DNA of 64,000 nt, from contig JAAILG010000462.1 in NCBI GenBank assembly GCA_012026655.1, positions 1 through 64,000 of the forward strand, in the 5' to 3' direction. This DNA is from Hydrolagus affinis (taxonomy: Eukaryota). The notes under the pieces are model-generated. The model was given only the letters and a program-made list of their open reading frames with translations, made no database searches and had not been told where the DNA came from. Shown here one piece after another: positions 22,184 to 33,150 of the stretch (position 1 is the stretch's first letter; each line of letters opens with the position of its first letter). A program made the translations under genes and the position numbers.

Positions 22184-25100
22184 CTGAAAAACAAGATCAC
22201 AGTGTATTTTTAATGAAAAGCAGGATTCAGTATCAAACGTGCCCATTCATATGGAATTGTGAAGCTCAACCAGTAGTATGTGTGTGTGTGTGTGTGTGTT
22301 AGTGCTAGACTCCTCCGCTAGCCCCGCTGGTGTTAGTTTCTGTCAGCCCAATTATCAACCACAAATAGCCATGAAATAAAGTAACTTCCTTGGGGTTTGA
22401 CATCCGTGATACTATAGGTGCAGAGCACCAGACCTGAAACAACGGGTGATCTGAGCAGTTTGTCTAGCAAAGATTTGTCTAGCAACACTGGGCACATCTG
22501 CATTGATTCAAAGACATCTTTGATGCCGTCGGGCTCATTAGTAAGACCTGGCGTGTAGGTAAGGCATGGACTTTCTAAAAATCAGCCTTAAAAGAGACAC
22601 CTACAAGTGCATCTACAGGTAACAAGTGTGTGTGGGAGAGAGAAAGAGAGAGAGAGGCAGGTAACATATGAATTACTGAAAATAAACACCATCTGGAATC
22701 GTAGGTGAGAGAGATCACTGTGTCCAAGCCCACGCCATGTCGTTATTATGAACTGATGAACTCTCACTTACGCTTTCATTTTCATCCTCGTTCTTCATGT
22801 TGTCTGCTATGAATTTCACACTATCGATTGCCTGCTGCACCTCCAGTGAATGTTTCTTTGAGGTCCTCAGCCTCACGTCTCGGTGAGAGCCAAACCCGTC
22901 GGGCGAATCTAGAACGCTCAGGTCGCAGTTTCTGGTGGAAGTTGGGTTGATAAAGAGAGTGGCTGCATTGTATCTGTCTTCCGGGCTCACAGCCACACTG
23001 GAGTGGTTGGCTTTTTCACGCTGGCGCAACCTTTGCTCCAATGAACTTTTCTGGGGTCTCTTGATGAATAAGAGGGCGGGCAACTTCTCCAGGAATACGG
23101 TCTTCACCCACGGTGGCATATCGTGAGTACTGGGAGATCGATGATGAACGTTTAGCACACCAACACTGGTGACAATGGAAAATGTCACCAGGACCATAGT
23201 AAACATGAGATATTTGCCTATCAGGGGAACATCCAAAGAGGTAGGAGGGACGATCTTAGAGATCAGCAGCAGGAACACGGTCAGGGCGAGCAGGACAGAA
23301 ATACACAGAGTAATCTTCTCACCACAGTCAGATGGGAGGTAAAAGACTAGAACAGCCAATGATGTGATGAGCATGCAGGGGATCAGGAGGTTGATGGTGT
23401 AGAAGAGAGGTTTTCTATTAATGATAAAGTCGTACGTCACATCCACGTACGTTGCATCCAATGGATTCACGTTCCTTCGTCCTAGAAGTGAGATGATGTC
23501 CCACTCACCACTAGGAGTGAAATCGTCGATGCTTGCTGCCTCAGTCTTCAGCACCAGGTCAATTTCTGTGTGGTCATAAGTCCACGATCTAAACTTTAAA
23601 GTGCAGTTCTGCTGGTCAAACGGGAAGTGCTTGACCTCGATCTTGCAGGCGCTTTTGTAGATGGCCGGGGGCAGCCAGTAAATGCTCCCATTGTAGGTGA
23701 TGATGACATTGGTGTACACAGAGACCTCGTACGTCCCGTCTGCACTAGAGAGAGAAGGGGTCGTCATCAAAGAGAGAATTAAAAAGGAGCGACAGAAACG
23801 CAAAGGAAGAAGGAATGCATGCAAGTGACGGGAAGGAACATGTATGAGTGAGTTAAACCACGTAAACAGCTTGCGACCCTTACACAGGGGAGTGTCCCAG
23901 AGCGCTTGGCAATATGTATCAGAGGCGGAGCAGGACGCCAAACCAGGGAGAGGTTACTATAGGTATAGTTGAGGAGGAAGGTCTTCTGGCAAAACCCAAG
24001 GATGGGGAAGGAAAAGGCAAGGTGGAAGGAGAGAGGGAGAGTGTTCCAGAGTTTCGGGGCATACTGGATTGGATGCGATACGTATTTTATGTCCACTTAA
24101 GGATTTAGAAAGAGAGGTTATGCATCAATACAAAAATAAAGCAAACTAAAAGCCACTTCTCTGATGGTTTAGTGAGTTAGTGCAGTGAGTGAGTGTCTGC
24201 GCCATAGACACCAGAAAGCTCTGGCTTTTAATTCTGATTTGCGCCGAGTTCATTGAGTGGAGGCCGCAATTTGGAATAGAGTTGACAATATGCAGTAATA
24301 AATCAACTGGGATTGATTTCCTTCTGAAATTTATCAGCCTTAATATACATGTGCAAAACGTACTCGAGATTTCGGGGTATGTAGAAGTTTTTGCGAATGG
24401 GTGTCACTGAGTCTAATTTGTGCTATTACGCAATGAGGAATCCATTGCCCACCCCCCCGCGTAGGAACTCCGCTAACATTGAGTAAATAACTTTGGAGTG
24501 GAGTTATTATAATAATAAGAATGTTTGCGTTTGATTTGGTACCTTATGGCATTGATAATAATCCTTGCATTTGATCTCCACATTGTTGAGATGTCTCAAA
24601 GCGCTTCCCAGGATATACTGTAAACTGAATTGACTGTATATTTATGTTTGAAGAAATTTACCCGAATTGGACCCCTTGTGTTTTCAAAGCAAGAGTGAGT
24701 TTAGTTCTGAATTTGGGAATGGCAGTTGCTTTGAGGGTGGAGAATCTACATTATTTGGCATTTTTAATAAAGTAAAATATTGTACTGTACAATAAAACTC
24801 GCATCAATTTGATATGTATAATGGCCTAAATTGTACATTGGCCTAAATTACGGGAGTTTGACAGAACACATACTTTGCATGAGTCATATTAAATGTATGG
24901 AACCGAATAATATGACTTGTGCAAGGTTTACTACATAAGAGAAAGAGAGAGAGAGAGAGATTGTCAAATGGATATGGCCATCAAACTTACTTGTTATAAA
25001 GCACAATGTCAGGGAGCCAAATGAGTTTGGAATATACCCTAACTTTGCAAATTCCGTCATAGTCAGCTGGGTCCCAGGACAGCCGGTAATCGAACCATTC

Positions 25101-28100
25101 CTGGCATAAGATAGATACAAAGTAGAGACTATCCATTTTCAACATCCAGAGCAGACAATCTCAGGTGTTTTCCAAATTCTCAAACGCGGTAAGAGTCATG
25201 GAAATACTGACCTGCTTTAGCCAGATATTTGTTGTCATGATTTGTTCGCGCTCATTCTAAGAAAAGAACATGAACAGTTAAGAATGTGTGGGAGGAGAGA
25301 ACTCACTTGAAGCCTAATTTATTCTTTCCAAGATATCATTTAGTTATGGATACCATGAAGGGTGCAAGTTTTTTTTTTTTTGCTTTTCCAGGTCATAAAG
25401 TCTTGATTCCAAGGAAGCACCAAATGGTGCTTGGTATTTTAGCTAATGAAACCCATTCCTATCAAAGAAAGTATCAACCATACCATGGATGTATCTGACC
25501 AATTTCACCTTCAGGAGATCTTCACTGATTCTCAAAGGTTACTCGAAATATTCAACAACAACAAAATTCCATTTGCATAGTGCCTTTCACATCAGGGGGA
25601 AGTCCTAAATGCGCCAGTGTTTTGGACTCATCTACCTAATCCAAGATCACTATATAACACAAGTGTAATTGTTCCGCATTTCATCCACCCTCATTTCATT
25701 TCAATGTCCTTCAGATCTCGCACAACATATCTCTTACATATCCATTGAATGACATTTCATGGATAAATGCATCACTATATGCTAACAATAATTTGTGCTT
25801 CTGTCCCTTTTGGTACACCTTTTATCCATTCTTGTGTCCTGCATTATTTTCAAGTTTGATTCCTCCTATTGTTTATCTGGTGTTTTACTGAGTGTCCTCA
25901 ACGAATGAGAGGCATGTCTGGTTTGTAGGGGCAGAATACTCACCACACTGATGAGTTGTGCCAGTGAGACCTGAATCACTATTTTGACAACTTCTGAGCT
26001 ATTGGTGGCTGGTCGAATTAACCTATTGTATCTCTCTTCGCTTAGGAGATACTTCATGAGTTTTTCCTCGGTCTCTGCCCCACAGCCACCTGTAAAACAG
26101 GAAACCTACTTCAGACCAGAAAATTTGCTGTTAGTAGCATTTTTGCCCTGGGCAGGGCTTGATCTCACAGCATCTCGACTGACACTCCATTGTTGTAAGT
26201 ACCATCCTTTGGATTAGTTGCTAAAATTAAAACTCATTGTGAAATAGTTTCTTCCAGAGTCGAGGTCAACATCCCACCTGATTAATTGACGGTTGTTTTG
26301 TTGGACCTTATTGATACAAACAACTGCTCCTTTGCTGAGAAATATTATCAATATACTGGACAATAATTACTTGTGAAACTATTTCATGTAATAAGACACT
26401 ATAGCAGTGGAATATGTATTTATTTTGGCCTCTGACCCCCCAGAAGGAAAAATACTAGAAGCATCGTAGACCATCTCCTTGTCAGGCTGCTCACTAAACC
26501 AAATCCCTGAGAGAGAGATTGTGTGAGATTGTGTGAGATGGAGGGAGGAGCCACATCCATCACTTTTGAGGTGAAGAAAATAGTAAAACAGCCAGGAATC
26601 CTTTTGTGAACCCCACCCCCCCACAAACCCCCCTTCCAACCCCCTCCCCCCCCAGATTAAAATAGAAAATAATGAGTGTTAATGTATCCTATGCGTTTCA
26701 TACTAATGCTATGCGCAATTGGTGCCATGTTTTGCCCACAAAACATTACATTATAGAGCAGCTTTCACATCGAGAGGACGTCCCGACATGAAACACTAAC
26801 TGTAAAACTTCACTAAAGTCACTATTGTAAATGACTTTGGAAATGGTTGATTTGGTTCCCCATCGATTTTAATATATACAAACACAAAATACAGATGTCC
26901 TATGTTTACACGTGCTGGATTTTCTCAAATAAAAAGATCTATTTTAGAAGTCATCTCGGATGCAATCAATAAATAACACAGAGGCTGCAAAGTGACTGAG
27001 TCCTGCTATAGGTAATCGATTGTTTAGATACAATATCACATCTCTGGGGAGCCTATCAATCATTTGAAATCATTTGAATCGTTTAAAGTAATGCAAACAT
27101 TGGTATTTTTACACCCAAATCCCTATGTTGCTTGAGTCAGAATATGATACAATTCACCTTTGTTTTGGGACTATTTCACTTCCTACATTCCAATCCCTGT
27201 TGCCTGGTAGTGTTGAGAAGGTAGCGGTCGTTTCTACCCGGTCTCCTTTTAATACAAAATTTGTACAATTGTAAAAGTGTAATCGTTTGTTGGATTAACA
27301 AGGAGTGGATGAATGGGCGATGATATCTCTCTCTGGTCTAAAGTGTACTGAGGTCCTGAGTAATTTGTGACTCATCTAAAGACAGACATTTCATTGTATT
27401 TCTCCCTATCTGCCTGTGTACCTTGGAGTCAATCAACACAGTAGCCCCTTGGCTTCTAGTCTTACAATATCCCTTAAACCTGAAGGCAATGTGCAAGTTA
27501 TTTGGTTATTATTTTCCTTAAATACCTTCCCCCTCCCACCACCACTGTTCAGAGTTTAACCAGCAAGCAGCCGACATAATATACAGACATAATAAGTCTC
27601 GGGGGGCAGTGAGTTAGATTCTAACTACAAATCCGTTTGTTACCCTTTACTTTAGTGTGAGCGGGGTTAGTCTGTGAGCATGGCATTGGATCCGAATGAA
27701 ATGGAGTAGTTGGTATATTGAGGATTGAAATATCAGAGCAAGTCAGTTTCATTTTGGACTCCTCTAATCTGCCTCTAATTGTCTGTGTGTGTTTAGAAAC
27801 AGCCCCCAGACCGTTTTGAAATGAAGATGGTAAGGAATTATAAAGTCTTTCCTTTCTAAACTCGTGTTTTCTGTGTTGTTGCAAATCGCATCCCCTACTT
27901 TTTCCCCCTGGTCTTGTTTCTCTCTCTTTAGGCTTCGCCGCACGACCGATCAGAGAGTCGTGGAGGGGTGGGCGGTGGAGAGAGATAGAGAGAAAGAGAA
28001 AGAGAGAGAATCTCAATGAAATAATGTCGAGCAGCGTCCAGAGAGAAGTCTCCTGTTTGTTAAATAAACCCCATCGCAAGCCTTTGGGTGCCAGAGATTT

Positions 28101-28210
28101 GTTGTGAATACAGCGCAACAATAGACCCGACTTTAATAACAAGCACAAGGTAGAAAGAGGCACTTACTTCTAATAATTGTTAGAAAGCACAAGAACAGCA
28201 TGAAATCCAT
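22052..28210 (-). CDS. CHRNB4: Neuronal nicotinic acetylcholine receptor beta-4 subunit, 6 exons, 482 aa
   Basis: Exons 28168-28210, 25944-26089, 25212-25256, 24991-25100, 22772-23744, 22052-22183 total 1449 nt in frame. [42 protein letters not shown], no vicinal cysteines; lies tandem upstream of alpha3 as in other vertebrates. Confidence 0.9.
22279..22298. repeat. (TG)n microsatellite
   Basis: tgtgtg... Confidence 0.9.
22772..23744 (-). CDS. CHRNB4: CHRNB4 exon 5
   Basis: Within ORF 22715-23941; acceptor ctctag at 23745, donor agc|gtaagt. Confidence 0.95.
24553..24645 (-). mobile_element. SINE 3' tail fragment
   Basis: ataataatccttgcatttgat...gaattgactgtatattt. Confidence 0.75.
24991..25100 (-). 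CDS. CHRNB4: CHRNB4 exon 4
   Basis: 110 nt; [36 protein letters not shown]. Confidence 0.94.
25212..25256 (-). CDS. CHRNB4: CHRNB4 exon 3
   Basis: 45 nt; [15 protein letters not shown]. Confidence 0.94.
25944..26089 (-). CDS. CHRNB4: CHRNB4 exon 2
   Basis: [48 protein letters not shown]; ttacag|...|gtgagt. Confidence 0.94.
28168..28210 (-). CDS. CHRNB4: CHRNB4 exon 1 coding part (signal peptide)
   Basis: [14 protein letters not shown]; phase-1 donor gaa|gtaagt compatible with exon 2. Confidence 0.82.
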
Positions 28211-28263
28211 CTCGGTTGCGGATCTTATTCCGGAGTCGTTGTTGGTAGGGGTTTCACGAGGAT

Positions 28264-28282
28264 TTACGGGGGAGGGGAGGGG
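28264..28282 (-). promoter_or_regulatory. CT-box-like element in the CHRNB4 proximal promoter/5' UTR
   Basis: Minus strand CCCCTCCCCTCCCCCGTAA, 54 nt upstream of the ATG; CCAAT near 28312 and CCACCCC near 28408-28414. Confidence 0.5.
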
Positions 28283-28425
28283 ATAGGGAGAGAAGGAGGA
28301 GGAGGAGGGAGCCAATAAAGTCCTTAACGAGAGCGAAACGGATGGTCTAAAATGAGCTGGGGGTGTAAGTGAAAGGAATTGACAGGGGTTGAAAAGATGA
28401 TAGCGTTGGGGTGGGCTGTTCCAAG

Positions 28426-28446
28426 CTCGCTCTCCTTGGTGCTGAA
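28426..28446 (-). promoter_or_regulatory. RE1/NRSE (REST binding site) upstream of CHRNB4
   Basis: Minus strand TTCAGCACCAAGGAGAGCGAG versus consensus TTCAGCACCACGGACAGCGCC; both half sites present with canonical 2-nt spacer. Confidence 0.8.
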
Positions 28447-28861
28447 CAGAATGACCTCAGAAGAAAGTGGATTAGAAAGCGTCACTTGACTGATTTAGTT
28501 TCATTTATTGTCTAAACTCCCCCCACTACCCGTCAGTTAGTCGTTTATATCCAGGAAATGTATACACATCCACTCAGTGGAAAATAATAAAATTCCTAAT
28601 GGATCATCCTGGGCTGAACCATCACAAATTCCATCCTTTGGTCAAGATTATTAGGCAACTAACTGGCACATATCACAGATGCAACCAATATTAAAACTTC
28701 AACAAGACTTCTCACAGTCAAGAAAATAATTCAAGCCATTGCGACCAGTACTCGGTTTCAGTAAGATGTGTTTCTTTATGTTACCAAAGTGCAGGGGTTA
28801 AATATGCATATAAAAAAATACTGTGTGTGGTGGATGGGGCATCTATATGTATGTGTGGGCG

Positions 28862-29180
28862 ATAATAATAATAATCCTTGCATTTGATGTAGCGCTTTTC
28901 ATATCTTATCGATGTCCCAAAGCGCTTCACAGAATATACTGTAAAGTGAATTGACTGTATATTTGTGGGTGAATCGCGGCAGCCAATTGCGCACAGCAGT
29001 GTCCCACAAACAGTCATGGATTGAAATGACCAATTTTATTATTGTGGTTTTTTGGATGGATTATTATTAGGCATGTGGCATAAGAAAACTTGCCCAAGGT
29101 TTTGCCCTGACCTGCCTGGATTCGAACACAGGTCTCCCCAGCTTGCAAGAGAAGTGCTCTAACCACTAAGCCACAGGGCT
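28862..29180 (-). mobile_element. tRNA-derived SINE, full length
   Basis: Close match to the other copies, reverse orientation. Confidence 0.9.
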
Positions 29181-29522
29181 ACTTTAATTCTGTAGGAGAT
29201 ACTGTAATATATATTGTGGAAGCCAGTCTGCAAGCACAATAATGATCAACAATTATGAATATCAATTCATATTTAATATGAATTCATTTCCTAATTAAAA
29301 CTATAAGAAGTGTAAATGCATTCATGTAATTAAAATATTCTCAAAACTCTCAAATTGCAAAACATAATATACAAATCACTGTTCAAAATAATTGTTGTCC
29401 ACTGATTCAGTAGTAATTGGTGGCCAAGAGTTTCACAATTCTACTATCTTTGTGTAAATATTTTTTCTATCCTGCCTTGAATTCTTTTTGATTTGTATAA
29501 ATTTGTGCCTCTCATATTGATT

Positions 29523-29665
29523 ATAATAATCCTTGCATTTGATATAATACTTTTCATGTCTTCTAGATGTCTCAAAGCACTTCACTGAATATACCATATA
29601 GTGCATTGACCATATATTTGTGGGTGAAATACAGGAGCCAATTGCACACAGGAGTGGCCCACAAG
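29523..29665 (-). mobile_element. SINE 3' half
   Basis: Family tail and core. Confidence 0.8.
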
Positions 29666-31567
29666 TCCTAGATTGAGAAATAGTAAACTAATTCTTGAAG
29701 ATCTCATGGGAGAGAGGGAGACTGTATTCTGTTCTGTATGGACAGATCTCCATGAACCCTTGTATTCTGTTCAGTAGAATTAGAGTTGGCCCTGTGCATT
29801 TAGAAACAACTAATGCAATTTTGAATTGAAAATAACATTACATCATGAATACAAAATATATAATTGCATTAGACTAGTTTGTAAGGAGAAAAATAAATTG
29901 CAGCTATACAGCATGGTTCCTGTCCCACCAGGATCACCCTCAGTCAGGACTCTGGCCCACCTCCAAGTTTTATGTTGATCCACACAGGTTTTGGATTACT
30001 GTGGAGTAGCCATGCTATCCCAGGTGTCTTCTTTTGGAGCCAAATTTGTGAAACAAGCTGAATAGAGCAAAACAACAATAAGCCTAAATTCACACCCAGG
30101 GTGATCAGTGAATAATAAATGGGGTTACTCTCTATTTCTCTCTCTCTGCAAGGCATGTGTACTTGTATTACGATGGGCCAAGCACTTGTCAGCTCCGTTT
30201 GATTGATTTTGCAAATGTTTAAGCATGCAAGGTCAAATTTACAAAACTGGAGTACAATGACAAGGCCTACAGCAAGGAAATCATTGTATCAATTGTAAGG
30301 AGCAGAATAAACTCATTTGGGGTCTAATTTATGGTATTTCTCAATAAAGAGTCCAAGTAATGGGATCTAATATGTTATGCTGACCTGAAACAACACAATT
30401 ATTGACAATTATTTTTCTGGAAGTAGTATTCCTGTTGGAATACTGACTAGATTTTACAATAAGAATTTTGTTAAGAAAAAAAACTGAAAACTAGACCCAA
30501 TATAAATTATTTAATTGGATGAACCATTTCTTTCATTGGATAAGAAAACACAAACTGGAACGTAAAATGGGATAGACACTTGTTTCCACGAAAGATTAAT
30601 GCAAGTAGAAACATCTATTGCATAATGTCAAATACATTGATAAAAGTTTGTAGGACATTTGAGAATGGAGCAATATTTTGATAATCTTCAGAATTTTAAT
30701 TTGTTTTTCTATAAGCACATATGTGTGTGTATATGCACATTTTGTGTTGGCACTTTGCTGATAAATATATTTATTGGAAGACAACAATTGTACTTTTAAA
30801 ACTCTAAGGTTCCTGCATTTATCTTTCAACCCAAGCAGTGAGATTGGACCATCAGGTCCAAAAATGCTGTTGTGCAGAGAGCCCACATTATGTTTCCCTG
30901 TTTGCCTGATCAGTTGCCAACTTATTTTTACTGCTGTTTATGGTGATGCTGAAAATGTACTTTCTGTTTTGAGCTCTTTTTATGAAGACACTTATTAATG
31001 GTGTGAGGAGGAGCTGAAATGTATTGAAGCTCACTTCACTGGTAATTAGACAGGCTCCAGCCTGCAATATTCTCATGAGATTGTGCGCTTTGTTTCTTTG
31101 CAAATGATTGAATTCCTCCAGCATCTGTTCATTGTACAATTGTATCTTTGGCTCCTGGTCATGATAAACTGGTTTAGTCTTGTATGACTTAGTTGCCGAT
31201 TAATACATTTTCCTGCAATAGAATGAAGAAACTGTATAAACAAGCACAGCACATACAATTCATATTATTACTCAGATTACTCATGGAGCTATGCTACATA
31301 ATACTGTTTGTTTAGGAAAAGATTTCCCAATTGTGTAGTGTGTAAAGTGTAGTCTTAAGTACTGTGTACTGTAGTACACAGATCAGAGGATTGATTGAGC
31401 TCTTTCTACCCTTGAGACTAGAACAGTGTCTGCAGCCTTGGTTGAAGGGCCAAGATGAAAAAAGGTGGCCTAGACACATGGCCAGGTCAGGCCTAGGGGC
31501 AAACGGACGACATGCAGGTTATCGTTCCCATGTAACCATCTCCAACAGGCAGTATGAGTAGTGAGAA

Positions 31568-31870
31568 CAATAATAATTCTTGCATTTGATATGGGGCCTT
31601 TCACATTGTCAAGACTTCTTCAAAGCACTTCACAGAATACACTGTAAAGTTGATTGACTCTTTATTTTGTGGGTGAAACACTGCAGCCAGTTACACACAA
31701 CAAACAGCCCATTTTATTTGGTGGATTTATTGGCCAGGACACTGAGAGAAATGCCCTTCTCTTTTCAAATAGTGCCATGGGAACATTAACAATCTCCTCA
31801 ATAGGCAGACGGGACCTTGACTTTTAACATCTCATCTGAAGTTTGGCACTTCCAACAATGCAGCCATTCA
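31568..31870 (-). mobile_element. Older DeuSINE/SacSINE1-like element
   Basis: Family tail plus tggccaggacac..ttcaaatagtgccatggga..ttaacatctcatctgaa body. Confidence 0.7.
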
Positions 31871-32639
31871 CTATTTGTCTGACTCTTGTCAGTGCTGTAA
31901 CACCAATGGATGAAACCTGTGCCATTTCGTATTTATTATATGGAATCTGTTTTGATGTGTTGCATTTTCATGCTGTACTAACCTGTAATGTGGAATTGGT
32001 AAACAGCAAAATATAAACTGTGGGATTGTAATTTCAATCTCCTTATACAAGTGCAGATTTCATTGTGAATCATTGGAGTAATGAGCAGAAAACAAGCTTT
32101 CAAGCAAATCCATTACTACATTATAGATGATAAACTAATGAACAGAAAGGTTGTATCCAATGTGTTTGAGATAAAAAATAATCAACAAGAAGTTCAACAG
32201 AAGTTCTTCGTTTTGACATGGGGAAGTCTGCAGTTCCAATGTCTAGTGCCAAAGCTTTTGCCCAATATATGCATGGATGAGGGTGGATCACTGATTTAGC
32301 CAAAGTTCTATTGGCAGAAAGCCACACACCAAAAATAAAATACAATTTTCTACCACCTATCACATCAAAACACTTCAAAGCTCTCCACAAGTAGTGTCCA
32401 GTGCAATGACTAAATTTGCAGATACCATAACCTGGATGGGTTTCAACTGCATGAAGAATATAATAGATCACATCTTAGTTGTTCTGACTTTTAATAATTA
32501 TAAGACAATTTATTTTTGATAATCAATTAAACAGTACCAGCAAAAGTAGTGGAAGAGGAACTATAGAGAGTATAAAAACTAGACAAGTTGCTACATATAT
32601 AAAGGAATTTAGGGTTAATAGAATAATGAGGCTAAATTG

Positions 32640-33150
32640 AATAGAATCATAGAATTATACAGAAGGAGGCCATTCAGCCCATTGTGTCTGAGCCAGCTCT
32701 TTGAAAAGAGCTATCCAAATCAATCCCACTCCTCTTCCCATAGTCCCACAAATATGCTCCCCAAATCATTATCCACTTCTCTTTTAAAAGTTGTTATGGA
32801 ATCAGCTTCCATCTTAAAGGCAATGCATTCCAAATTTGGCCAACCCGCTGCGTGAAAACATTTCTCTTCAGCTCCCCTCTGTTTCTTTTAACAACTATTT
32901 TAGATTGGTGTCCTTGGGTGTCCTGTCTCCAGTGGAAATAGTTTCTCCTTGTTCACCCTATCGAATCCCCTGATAATTAAAAAAAAACTTCTATTAAGTC
33001 TTCTCTAGCCTCCCAATAACTGAAGGCCCTCATTCCTGGAACCATCCCGGTAAATCTCCTTTGCACCCTCTCCAATGCATTGACATCCTTCCTAAAGTGT
33101 GGTGCCCAGAACTGTACACAGCATTTTAAGTGAGGCTTAACCAGTGCTTT
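32640..33150 (-). mobile_element. CR1 LINE 3' fragment
   Basis: Colinear similarity to 20500-21070. Confidence 0.88.

Noticed and set aside
27621-28163. 180-aa minus-strand ORF
   Set aside because: Lies wholly in CHRNB4 intron 1, includes CT-repeat-derived residues and has no recognisable domain or splice support
22052-28210. Alternative identity as CHRNB2
   Set aside because: NEREQ motif, DHTEIDL and the tandem position upstream of alpha3 favour beta4, although phylogeny is needed to exclude another beta2/4-family paralogue
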